Made by a program: the position numbers and the translations under genes. A stretch of DNA of 64,000 nt from the NCBI RefSeq assembly GCF_009834535.1, contig NC_045697.1, positions 31,498,001 to 31,562,000 on the forward strand. Direction: 5' to 3'. This document shows positions 1 to 11,711 of the stretch, in pieces. Positions within the stretch are counted from its first letter, which is position 1; every line of letters starts with the position of its first letter. This stretch comes from Camelus ferus. Taxonomy: Eukaryota. The notes beneath the pieces were generated by a model, which worked only from the letters and a program-made list of their open reading frames with translations, made no database searches and was not told where the DNA came from.

Positions 1-1769
1 TTTCTTTCCTAACTGACCTTTTGCCATATCACTGTATTTATTTTTTACGAGTTCATATTCTTCTTGCTTTTGAAAGGTATCCTGTGTTTTGAGTGGCACA
101 ACACTATTTCTTTGAGTAATTCCCGTCATACCTCTGATAATAAAACTGAAAAAAAAATCTCTTATAGCTATATATTTTTTCTGTTCCAGAATAAAAAGTG
201 ATTTTAAAGAGGACAGTAACAGTTATTAAAAGTGGTCATTGTTACTTGATTCATCTACTGGAGTTAGAAAGCTCTGGTGGTGTTAGAAAGCTGAAATAGC
301 TTGTGCTTTAAAAAAAAAAAACTTTTAAATTGATTTTATGGTTCAAAATTTTAAGAGATATCTTTAATTGCAAACAGTAAAATAAAGCTGTGTCTTCTTA
401 GGAAAATGGGATTGTAGTAAAGGATATCAGACAGATTTGCAGAAGCTATGGAATGGCCAGAGAGACAGGCTCTTAATTTATGCATTCAGAGTCCCCAAAT
501 GCATTTGGATGTTCTAGCAAGAACACCATAGCAGCTGCTGGTGAGCACCCACACCATAGCAAGCACAGACTCTGTCTTGCACAGGATTCGGGGGCCGCAG
601 CTGTAATCACACAGGTGGAGCTTGACATGTCGTCTACATCCATCTGTATGAAGCTATTTGCCTGTGTTGTCACCCTCACTAAAACAGAGATTCCTCACAT
701 ATCTGTCCACTTCCTCTCATCACATCACAGACTGTTCAGGTGCTTGTTTGTGCTGACCTTTCCAGGATCGCTGAGAAAGCAAATTTTCTGATTTCCACCA
801 TAGAAAAATGGGAAATATAGTATAAAAAATGATCAAAAAGTAGGGAAGGTGTTCAAACTTGTCAAAGGGCCATATGTTTCCATGGCAGCCACACCTACCT
901 TCTTAACATCCTCTTCCACCTCACTTAAACTTCCAAATGTCAACAACGATCCCACTAACACTAGGCAACTACCCTTTATTAAGAAGGAAACACACCCACT
1001 CTCTCCCGCAGACAGCACATACTGATGTCTAACCGCTGACTGTAGCCAGTTCTGCTTTTTCTAGTTCCATCTCTGTCCTATCTTGCTATCTCTAATCTGT
1101 GAATTATTACCCACCACTACTATGCCATATATAAAATAGTAGAACACAATAGGGACAAAAAAAAAAGTAAAATTGGGTCAAATAAATAAAGATAAATATA
1201 TAAATGGCAAAACCAGAAAGGGGATTGAGAAAATATTACCCCTTCTGTTTCAGCAGCCAGATGGGAGGCCATACACTGATGCCATAGCTTCACTAACCAT
1301 CCAGTGTTCCGTCTGTCCCCATTTAGCACCTCAGCTTATCATGATGCTTTGCCTGAGCAGGAGACCGAGTTTTCATTCAGTAGGTTTCTGATGGTCCCTC
1401 CTGAACAAAGTCATTAAAGTAATCCAAGTGCTCTAAGCATTGGACATGGCAGTGGCTAAGTACCTAAGATGCTAAGAGGAGGTCCTACCTTCCTGACATA
1501 TTCCTTGTGCCTTGAATGTAACATCAAAGTCCGTAGTTATAACCAAGTGAAAAAACGGTTTTGCAAACTTTTTTTTTTGAAGATGAATACATTAATCTAA
1601 GGCATCAGCTAAAATCCTACGTTGTTGAATGTGAGTGAATCATTCCTGTCCCTTATTGACAAATGTAGATAATGGGGACACAAGCAGAGCTGATTTCTGG
1701 TATCATAGAATGAACCCTTCCCCATGAGTTATGCAACTGCTAGTCTCAGTCTGCTGAAGCTAACAGTAG

Positions 1770-1990
1770 TGTCAGCGAGCAGTTATTGAGGACTTAATTC
1801 ATGCTACATATATTCACATGTGTTATCATATTTTATTGTAAGCAACACCCTATGAGTTGGATACAACTATGTTTGCCAAATTACAGAACGGGGAACTGAG
1901 TCTGAGACAAGTGAGGCCGCGTACTTAACGGCATCCGCCTTAGGGATGGCGGTGTCTTTACTCCAGAGCCCACAGGCTGAGCCGCCGTGC
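1770..1990 (-). mobile_element. MIR SINE fossil
   Basis: Reverse-complement MIR core (aacaccctatgag...ttacagaacggggaactgagtctgaga...actccagagccc). Boundaries approximate. Confidence 0.7.
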
Positions 1991-2419
1991 GCCCCGTAGG
2001 GACTGCGTCATAATCTGTCATGCAGAGGCATGCTCCCTCAGCTTCCCTAGCATATTCTGAAAAGAACTTCTAATTTTCCACGGAAATTTTGATGAAATTT
2101 TTTCTCTAATTAAAACAAGTGTAGAGTTCTGGAAGGCAGCTGAATTCTATGATTTAGCTTGGTTTATATTTTGGAAAATTTACGAAGGGCAGCCTTCCTG
2201 AGGCATTTAAGCTTCTTATTGTCATATATATATAGTGCATGTCATGTGTGGTTGGGTCATAATGTGAGTCATTTAAAAAGCTATATATTAAAAAATGCAG
2301 GTTCAAGTATCAAAGCATTTCATTAAGACCCCTTCATAGTGTCAAAGGATCTAAGCAGAACTAATACTAAGTTCTAGAAAAGACTGACTAAAATAGTATT
2401 TTAAAAGGAACAATTTCTA

Positions 2420-2600
2420 GGATAGACTGAATTCAGATCCTGGCTCCACACTTAGATCAGTTGCTTAAACTCTTCATGCCTAACTTTCCTCATCTGTTCA
2501 GTGCTCTCTCTCTTATAGAGTTGTTTGAGAATTAAATGAATTGATATATTTAAAGAACTTTCTTTCATGTGTACTATGTATTTACTCTTGTTATTAACAC
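2420..2600 (+). mobile_element. MIR SINE fossil
   Basis: gatcctggctccacac...cttaaactcttcatgcctaactttcctcatctg...gagaattaaatga matches the MIR core. Confidence 0.75.
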
Positions 2601-3649
2601 ATATATTTTAGTCATTGAAGAAGTTTCAAAAATTATAAATGTACTGCAATGCCAATCCACTAAAATATCAGCAAGTAGAATGAAAATGGGACCGAGGGCA
2701 CTTGGAAGAGGAGAAACCAGAGAGAAGAGGCAGTGAGGTTTGGGGCACGTGACGGTGGTGAAAGAGAGGGGTTTGGTGGAGGAGAGCGCTGTGGAGTACT
2801 TAGACGTGAAGCTGGGTGAAAACCCGTTTTATGACTTCATGTCATGCTGATATTCATGTTATGAGCTGCAGGCACTTTGCCAATAGGACCCAACCTCTAA
2901 ATCATTCTATTACCAGGGGTCCAGTCACACAGCTTCTCCTGCTGAACCTACTAGTTTATGACAGCTTATCTCTGCCGTTTACAGCACACTGTTAATGGGG
3001 TCAATTCTTCATGCCAGGCAATAGTTTTAGGTCTTTTTAAGAGGGTGTCAATCTATCCAAGTTTTATACCCATGGAAGTCTACAAAAATTTACAACAGTC
3101 TTTCTCTCACACTCTACAACTTCGTAGCAACCCTAACAAAGAAGTGAAATGAAAGAGAGAGACAGCTGAATTATGGGAAGCCAAGTGGCTAATGTCTGGT
3201 CTTTGTGAAACTCACTGCCAACATTTAATATATATTATATCACTGTCTGACACAACAAAATATTTAGAGCATTATTTTATCAAAGAAATAATATTATTTT
3301 TTCCATTGAATTCAGTCCCGATAACGGAACAATGCTAAGTAACATTGCTGCAACAAATACATAAGAGAAAGATAAAATGACATAGACAAGATACTCACTT
3401 ATGTTTTATCTTCTTTTTTTGTGTGATTTCAGCCATTGTAATTTTATTAAACAGGGGAAAATTTAATTAAATAAATTGTCCAATATTCACCTGTCTTTCA
3501 TTGATTCTGATTAGCATATTATTTCCCTAGAAAGTTTCTTAGCAAGAGATTAAAAAAAAACAACCCTTAATCTAAAAAGTCTTCCAATTGTAGTCTCTTG
3601 CAAGCAGGGTATAAAAGCAAACAACAACAATACCACCACTACCGCCAAT

Positions 3650-3915
3650 GAAGTAGCAGCTAACAGTTACACAGGACTTGTTATGTACCAATCCACTCCT
3701 AAATATTACACGTTCAGTAACTTATTTAACCACCAGAGCAGTCTAATGAGTGAAGCGTTGGTATCAACCCCATTTTGTAGAAAAGAAAACAGAAGCACCA
3801 AGAGGTTAAATTATTTACCTGAGGAGCCTTAGCTAATTAGCAGTGGAGCCAGAATTCAGACTCTGTCTCTTGAGCCCTAGAAGCCTTGATTTTAGCCACC
3901 ACATTTTGCTGCCTC
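3650..3915 (-). mobile_element. MIR SINE fossil
   Basis: ccccattttgtagaaaagaaaacagaagcac...gaggttaaattattt...gtggagccagaattcagact is the reverse complement of the MIR core. Confidence 0.75.
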
Positions 3916-4139
3916 CAGAATACCTGCCCTAATCCAGTCAGCCTGCCACACGCACCGTGCAGATCTGTTATTGTGGCAATATTCAAGTGCCGTGATGAAG
4001 CGTCTTCCTGGTGATTTTATGGAGTGCTGCATCCGGGTCTTCCGCGTTTGCTTTCGTTAGCTGTCACAGTACCTGCCATAAAGTACGGCATCGGCTCTAG
4101 TTCATAGGATGTAAAGTGGATGTTCCTCTGTGCAGGACA

Positions 4140-4500
4140 GTCCTCCCTTAAATTTCATGGTGATCATTTTATTCAGGTACCTGCTTACATATCACCTCCT
4201 CAGAGAGGCCTTCAAAACACTCTGGAATTCATAGAAAACCAGCCTCCAATACTTTGTATGCCATTTACTGGTTGTATTTCTTTTCAAAACATTTTCACTG
4301 ACATTCTTTTTTATTGGTTTAATTTCTCAACTATCTGCCTCATGGTTTAGGTTGTAAATTTATGACATTGTTTTATTCACTCCTGTATCCCAAGTGGCTA
4401 GAAAAGCATCTAGCGTCTAGTATAGTACATAGTAAGTGCTCAATACATATTTATTTAACAAATAGTTAACGAATGAATGCAAGGATGGATGGAATAAATA
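4140..4500 (+). mobile_element. L2 LINE 3' end fossil
   Basis: ttcactcctgtatccc...acatagtaagtgctcaatacatatttat...gaatgaatg is typical of the L2 3' terminus. Confidence 0.7.
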
Positions 4501-4976
4501 TCTGAAAGAATCACTGGGAACTCAGAACAATGGTTAATTTTAGGAACAAAGGATGGATCAAAGATGGAGGGAAAATGAAACTTCACTGCTACTCCCATAA
4601 ATTTCATGTTATTAGGACTTTGCGAAAGTATATTGGATATCTTTATTTTCAGTTAGGCAGCATTACCATTGATAACTACTTTCTGTTTCAAATGAATATT
4701 CTGTAAAGTCTATGCAAATAAAAAATGTATTTCTGCCAATATACATTAAATACTGTAGATATTAAAGTAAAATGTTTACCTGTGAACCCATTTACAAATT
4801 TCATATTTCTCAAAATAGTCATGCTTCTCATAGATTGAGATTATAATAGATAAACTTTATAAATCTGAGATAGTTAAGTACATGGGTGCTAGCACATAGG
4901 CAAAGCTGTCTACAAGTTGTTATTTTTGAAATATGCTCATAAAATACATTTTTTAAAAGTTGGATCAGTTTTCATT

Positions 4977-5445
4977 GAAATTTTTTTTATTAATGTATAT
5001 TTGACATATAGTATTGTGTAAATTTAAGGAGTACAACATGTTGATTTATAATATGATTACTATTATAGTGATAGTACCTCCATCATATCACATAATTATT
5101 TCTTCTTTGTGGTGGGAATAATTAAGAACCAGTCTCTTGGCAGATTTGATGATTATAATACAATATTATTGTCTGTATTCACTATACTGTGCATTAGATC
5201 TCCAGGACTTGTTTATCTACTAGTTGTAAGTGTGTATCTTTAAATAACATCTCCTATTTCACTGCCCTCCACCCACTGTTAGCCGCCATCTTACTCTCTG
5301 GTTTTACAAGTCTGGCTCTTTTAGATTTAAGATATAAGTGATATCATATAGTATTTGTCTTTTTCTGTCTGATTTATCTCACCTAGCAAAATGTTCTCAA
5401 GTTCTATCCATGTTGTCACAACTAGTAGAATATTCTTTTATTTAG
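4977..5445 (-). mobile_element. Old L1 3' end (L1MA/L1MB-type)
   Basis: Poly-T tail, then an antisense L1 3'UTR ending in taagtgatatcatatagtatttgtc...tccatgttgtcacaa. Confidence 0.8.
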
Positions 5446-6469
5446 TGTTAAGGTAATACCAGTTGTAAGAAACATTTTTTTATCTGTGAGATTAAATGGA
5501 AGCTATATGAAATGGAAAAAATATAAAATGCAACATTAAAATATTATTATTTTTCTGAATTTAATTTGTCACCCTAAAAGAAAAGTATTCTATTATTTCA
5601 AACCTCAGTGTTGCAGTAAATATTCACAAGGACTAAATTTTGTCCATAAGTAGCATTCTTCTATCTTAGTTTTCATAGGGAAAATGGATAAATACAGTCC
5701 CTTAACTTTAGTTATATTTATTAAGCAAATAAAATACACAAAGATTGTAAAAATAAAAACAGCAGGAATGAGTCCCTCTTATAAGCATGTTATCAATACA
5801 TATTTTGGAAATTCATCATTTTTCCAATGAAACTTTTAATTAACTTTGATTATTCATTTGTGACAACGTTAAAGCAATCTCTATATTTGCAGATGGCATG
5901 AAAGCAATCTCACAATCATTGATGAGTAGTATTTAAATATTCTTTATATACAGTAGAAATTATGTTGACTAATTCTAATTAGATCATCTTAAGGGACCTC
6001 AAAAATCAAATATGATATGTAGGAGTTAACATTATTAAAAGATTCAAAGCTTTATTCTATTTTATATAAGCTTTTAAAATATGATTTATTGTAGAATGTA
6101 CCTTAAGGTAACTTAGAACACGATTTCATGGAAAACATTATGTGTACACAACTATTTATTCTGTAACACTGTACTTAGGTCTAATGTGACCTAAGAGCTC
6201 TTATTTTAACCACAAATTTCAATTCAAGTCCTCCATATCCTTTACAAAATCGAAGTTTTATTTCTGTGCTTTAATTTTCTTCACTGACTGTATTTTCACT
6301 TCAATGACAAATCCATCTTCCAGTTGCCTCAAGCTGTAGTATTTGCTCAATTTTACTTTCAGATAAAAAAAAAAGCCAGCATTATACATCTACACAAATT
6401 TAGTAATGTCAGAGTATTCATTCCAAAAAGCTTTATTTGCATAAGCGAACTTTCATTCCCAGGGCTGGA

Positions 6470-6995
6470 ATGCATTCATTCATTCATTTATTCATTCATC
6501 TGCTCATTCTTTATCTTCTTCATGTACACATTTGCCCCTTCATCCATTCATTCAATGCATACTTGGCTTTTTTTGAAAAGATGCTATATGAATAGAGAGT
6601 GAAATGGTATAAAGAGGAGGATCATAGAAATGTACTCGGGTAATTGCATTCCAAGCAGAAAGTATTGTAAGTATGCAGGTGTTGATTGATGCATGAATGG
6701 GGACATGTGTTTGATGAAGAGTAAGAAGTTTGGCTTGTTAGTGTGAACCGTACAAGTGGGGACATGGTATGTGATGGAGACTGACAGGGAGTGAGAGCCA
6801 CGTTACCCAGGCTCTTCCAGGCCTTTGTGAAGTGTGTGAATACAGTACAGAGTTATATGGGACATTATTAAAATGTTTTGCTCAATAGAGATTTATGATC
6901 TGACCTATATTTTTGAAGGGTAATTCTGAATGCTGTGTGGAGAACAAAGGATGCAGGAATAACGGGCAGTAGGTAGAGACCAGAATAGTCATATC
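6470..6995 (-). mobile_element. L2 LINE fossil (adjacent to the young L1)
   Basis: (CATT)n L2 tail, then antisense L2 text such as atgatctgacctatattttgaagggtaattctgaatgctgtgtggagaa. Confidence 0.6.
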
Positions 6996-7012
6996 AAGAA
7001 CACCCAAGCTCA

Positions 7013-8757
7013 AAAGGGATCCAAATTGGAAAAGAAGAGGTAAAAGTGTCATTATATGCTGATGACATGTTACTATATATAGAAAACCCTAAAAGGTCCA
7101 CACAAAAGCTACTAGAGCTGATTGAAGAATTCAGCAAGGTAGCAGTTTACAAAATTAACGTTCAAAAATCAGTTGCATTTCTTTACACTAACGATAAATC
7201 AACAGAAGAAGAAAGTAAAGAAACAATCCCCTTTAAAATAGCACCCAAAGTAATAAAATATCTGGGAATAAATCTAACCAAAGAGGTGAAAGAATTATAC
7301 ACAGAAAACTATAAACCATTGATGAAGGAAATTAAAGAAGACTTTAAAAAATGGAAAGATATTCCATGCTCTTGGATTGGAAGAATCAATATTGTTAAAA
7401 TGGTCACACTGCCCAAGGCAATCTACAGATTTAATGCAATCCCTATCCAATTACCCAGGACATATTTCACAGAACTAGAAAAAATCATAATAAAATTCAT
7501 ATGGAACCATCAAAGACCTAGAATTGCCAAAGCATTACTGAAGAGAAAGAAAGAGGCTGGAGGAATAACTCTCCCAGACTTCAGACAATATTATAGAGCT
7601 ACAGTCATCAAGACAGCATGGTATTGGTACCAAAACAGACATATAGACCAATGGAACAGAATAGAGAGCCCAGAAATGAACCTACAAACTTTTGGTCAAC
7701 TCATCTTTGACAAAGGAGGCAAGAATATACATTGGAATAAAGACAGTCTCTTCAGCAAATGGTGTTGGGAAAACTGGACAGCAGCATGTAAAACAATGAA
7801 GCTAGAACACTCCCTTACACCATATACAAAAATCAACTCAAAATGGATTAAAGACTTAAACATAGACAAGATACAATAAACCTCCTAGAGGAAAACATAG
7901 GCAAAACATTATCTGACATACATTTAAAAAATTTTCTCCTAGAAGAAATAAAAGCAAGAATAAACAAATGGGACCTAATGAAACTTACAAGCTTCTGCAC
8001 AGCAAAGGAAACCAGAAATAAAACAAGAAGAAAACCTACGGAATGGGAGAAAATTTTTGCAAGTGAAACCGACAAAGGCTTGATCTCCAGAATATATAAG
8101 CAGCTCATACGACTCAACAAGAAAAAAATAAACAACCCAATCCAAAAATGGGCAGAAGACCTAAACAAGCAATTCTCCAAGGAAGACATACAAATGATCA
8201 AAAAGCACATGAAAAAATGCTCAATATCACTAATTATCAGAGAAATGCAAATCAAAACTACAATGAGGTATCACCTCACACCAGTCAGAATGGCCGTCAT
8301 TCAAAAATCCACAAATGACAAATGCTGGAGAGGCTGTGGAGAAAGGGGAACCCTCCTACACTGCTGGTGGGAATGCAGTTTGGTGCAGCCACTATGGAAA
8401 ACAGTGTGGAGATTCCTCAAAAGACTAGGAATAGACTTACCATATGACCCAGGAATCCCACTCCTGGGCTTGTATCCAGAAGGAACCCTACTTCAGGATG
8501 ACACCTGCACCCCAATGTTCATAGCAGCACTATTTACAATAGCCAAGACATGGAAACAGCCTAAATGTCCATCAACAGGTGACTGGATAAAGAAGAGGCG
8601 GTATATTTATACAATGGAATACTACTCAGCCATAAAAACCGACAACATAATGCCATTTGCAGCAACATGGATGCTCCTGGAGAATGTCATTCTAAGTGAA
8701 GTAAGCCAGAAAGAGAAAGAAAAATACCATATGAGATCGCTCATATGTGGAATCTAA
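7013..8757 (+). pseudogene. L1 ORF2p C-terminal portion (RT motif YADD, thumb/wrist region, CCHC cysteine-rich motif); 5'-truncated, one frameshift at ~7864
   Basis: ORFs 7046-7879 ([28 protein letters not shown]) and 7978-8757 ([18 protein letters not shown]) join into one frame if one A is restored at catagac. Confidence 0.95.
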
Positions 8758-9082
8758 AAAACAAAAACAAAAACAAACTAACAAACAAAAACAAAGCGTA
8801 AATACAGGATAGAAATAGACTCACAGACAGAGAATACAGACTTGTGGTTACCAGGGGGGTGGAGGGTGGGAAGGGATAGACTGGGATTTCAAAATTGTAG
8901 AATAGACTACACTGTATAGCACAGGGAAATATACACAAAATGTTATGATAACTCACAGAGAAAAAAATGTGACAATGAGTGTGTATATGTCCATGAATAA
9001 CTGAAAAATTGTGCTGAACACTGGAATTTGACACAACATTGTAAAATGATTATAAATCAATAAAAAATGTTAAAAAAAAAAA
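7013..9082 (+). mobile_element. Young 5'-truncated LINE-1 (camelid-type) with poly-A tail and 17-bp TSD
   Basis: ORF2 RT and C-terminal coding sequence, 3'UTR, AATAAA at ~9059 and A-tail. Perfect TSD aagaacacccaagctca at 6996-7012 and 9083-9099. Confidence 0.98.
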
Positions 9083-9294
9083 AAGAACACCCAAGCTCAG
9101 GAGGCCAAGGCATCAGAAAATGGGAAGAGCAGTGTTTTAACATACAAGCAAATTCAAGCGTAAATTATTCTTTCCTTATCAAAAGTGGATATGAATTTGA
9201 AAATAATAATAATATAAGTGACTGTGAAAATAATAGTAATAGCTAATGATTGAGCAGAACTTACTATATTGTAAGAGCATTTACATGTATTAGT

Positions 9295-10038
9295 GTTTAT
9301 TTCTATAGACTTAGCCAAATTCAAGGTTAAGGGCATAGCCTTTCCTACTACCAAGTCTGCCCAGAACTTCAGACATCAGCCACACGTTCAGGGGTCCCCA
9401 ACCTCACTTCTGATTAGCTGACTACAAAGCTGGGAGTTTCCACAACCATCCTCAGTTTTCATAATTCTCTAGAACAACTCACAGAACTCAGGAAAGCACT
9501 GTATTCATGATTTCATTTTATTATAGCCGAAGGCTACAAATCAAAACCAGACAAAGGAAGAGATTCTTAAGGTAGAATCTGGGACTGGGAGGGTTACAGA
9601 CAAATTTTCTGTGTCTGTAGGGGTGTGTTACCTTCCTGGTGCTGATGTGTGGCAACACACAAATGGAGAATTGCCAACCCAGGAAACCCACTCAAACTTC
9701 AGTGTTCAGAGATTTTATTGAGGCTTTGTTACACAGGCACGATTCATGGTCTATGTAGTTGACTTCAGTCTCCAGTCCCCTTCTATCCCCAGATGTCAGG
9801 TCAATATCACATACCTCCAATGTCCCAACTTTGTAATCACATGGTTGACCTCTCTGCATGGTCAGTCCTCACTGTAAGATAATCATATGGGATTGGTCCC
9901 ACCTTGAGTCATGCCATTAGGATAAACTACCAGATGTGTTTTGATAGGCCCACTATGAAAAACAAAGACACTTTTATAGAAGTTACCTACCAGAACTGGA
10001 ACAAAGCCTCGATCTCTCTTTGGGTGAAATTAATTCTT
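9295..10038 (-). mobile_element. MER21-type ERVL solo LTR
   Basis: aggttaagggc...cttcagacatcagcc...ggggtcccc...aactcacagaactcaggaaagcac...tctctttgggtgaaattaattctt resembles antisense MER21B/C. Confidence 0.8.
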
Positions 10039-10113
10039 GATGATGATGATGATGGTAATGATGATGATAATAATAATAATACAAACAACAACAAAAACAA
10101 TAGTAATAGCAAT
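10038..10113. repeat. Compound trinucleotide microsatellite (GAT)n/(AAT)n/(AAC)n
   Basis: Read directly from the sequence. Confidence 0.9.
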
Positions 10114-10340
10114 TTTTAAAAAAATGCCCTTAGGACATACTAAAAAAATTTGCATGTATTAAGTTGTTTATTTCTCATAACAATCCATGAGGCTACTGTC
10201 TTCACATTACAGATGAAAAACTGAGGCACAGATTAATTAACTTGTCAAAGGCCAAAGATCAAGAAAGATATGGACACAAGTTTGGAACCCTGGGAAATGG
10301 TCTCTGAATCTATGCTTTTAACAGCAATATTGTGCTATCT
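10114..10340 (-). mobile_element. MIR SINE fossil
   Basis: cataacaatccatgagg...ttacagatgaaaaactgaggcacaga...aacttgtcaaaggc. Confidence 0.75.
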
Positions 10341-10608
10341 GTTTGTAGAGATATCTGAAATTAAATCTGTAAACAGAAGATTGGCATTAGGAAGTTGGAT
10401 TAAATAGGAAATGAGAGCCCAACGTGCTAACCTTCTATGACCCTACACTTCTGAGCCTTTAGTGAATGGTCAAACCATGGGAGAGGATTTAAATTGACTG
10501 ATGCCAAATGTGTGATGATTAATTTCATTTGGACCCTTAACAATAGCTTGACGTTCTACTGTGTTCCTCTAGTCAGCTTCCTCTCCCACTCCTCATAACC
10601 ACTATTTT

Positions 10609-11274
10609 ATTTTTATTTTTTTATTGAGTTATAGTCAGTTTACAATGTTGTGTTAATTTCTGGTATACAGTACACTTTTTCAGTCATACATGTATATGTA
10701 TATATTTGTTTTCATATTCTTTTTCACCGTGAGCTACTACAAGATCTTGAATATATTTCCCTGTGCTATACAGTATAAACTTGTTTATCTATTTTATATA
10801 TACTTATCAGTATCTATAAATCTCGAACTCACAGTCTGTCCCTACCCACCTCTCTTCCCCCGGCAACCACAAGTTTGTATTCTGTGTCTGTGAGTCCGTT
10901 TCTGTTTTATATTTAAGTTCATTTTTCTTCTTCTTCTTTTTTTTTTTTTTAGATTCCACATATAAGTGATATCATATGGTATTTTTCTTTCTCTTTCTGG
11001 CTAACTTCACTTAGAGTGACATTTTCCAGGGACATCCATGTTGCTGCAAATGGCATATGTTGTCATTTTTATGGCTGAATAGTATTCCACTGTATAAATA
11101 TACCACAACTTCTTCACCCAGTCATCTATCGATGGACATTTGGATTATTTCCATGTCTTGGCTATTGTAAATAGTGCTGCTATGAACATTGGGGTGCAGG
11201 TGTCTTTTTGAATTAGGGTTTTTTTCTGGATATATGCCCAGGAGTGGGATTGCTGGGTCATATGGTAAGTCTAT
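10609..11274 (-). mobile_element. 5'-truncated LINE-1 3' end with 16-bp TSD
   Basis: Antisense ORF2 end and 3'UTR similar to 8430-9060. TSD tcataaccactatttt at 10593-10608 and 11275-11290. The right copy continues tttt/aa, the canonical L1 endonuclease site. Confidence 0.95.
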
Positions 11275-11711
11275 TCATAACCACTATTTTAAATGTTCTC
11301 CATCCTTCTTTTAGTGTGCTTAGAAATAGCAAGCAAAAGCCTCTTCTCCTGCTCTAAATTTTGAGAGAATTGGATTTTATGATCTTTAGGTTTTTTAAAC
11401 AACGTAATTGCTTTTGAAAAGAGTTTTAGATGCCACATTGCTGTCTCCTGTGGAATCCCCTGGCTTTGTATCAACCAGATTTGTCAATTTACTAGAGGCA
11501 AAACTTGATTCTTTTTTTAGTACCCCCAGGACCTAAAGGCATTTTTAGTGTTTGGGGATGCAGGTGGTTGAGAAAGAAGGAGAGGTAAGGATTTCAAAGC
11601 ACTGATAATATAATTCAGGGTCTACCTTATATCATCTACTTCTTGCTATCTGTACACTGGATCTAGGAAATCTCTTGAGATGCTCATAGTTTTAAATAGC
11701 AGTTTTAGTTT

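Noticed and set aside
473..791. Overlapping 68-aa and 103-aa ORFs as a host exon
   Set aside because: No recognisable protein similarity and no convincing paired splice sites.
7848..8255. 135-aa minus-strand ORF (also 62615-62953, 62907-63191, 27082-27270)
   Set aside because: Antisense shadow frames of L1 ORF2.
7013..8757. RT ORF as a novel RT system, retron or active element
   Set aside because: Ordinary 5'-truncated L1 lacking promoter, ORF1 and endonuclease.
9904..10119. ORF with poly-Asp/Asn tract
   Set aside because: Translation of an LTR end plus microsatellite.
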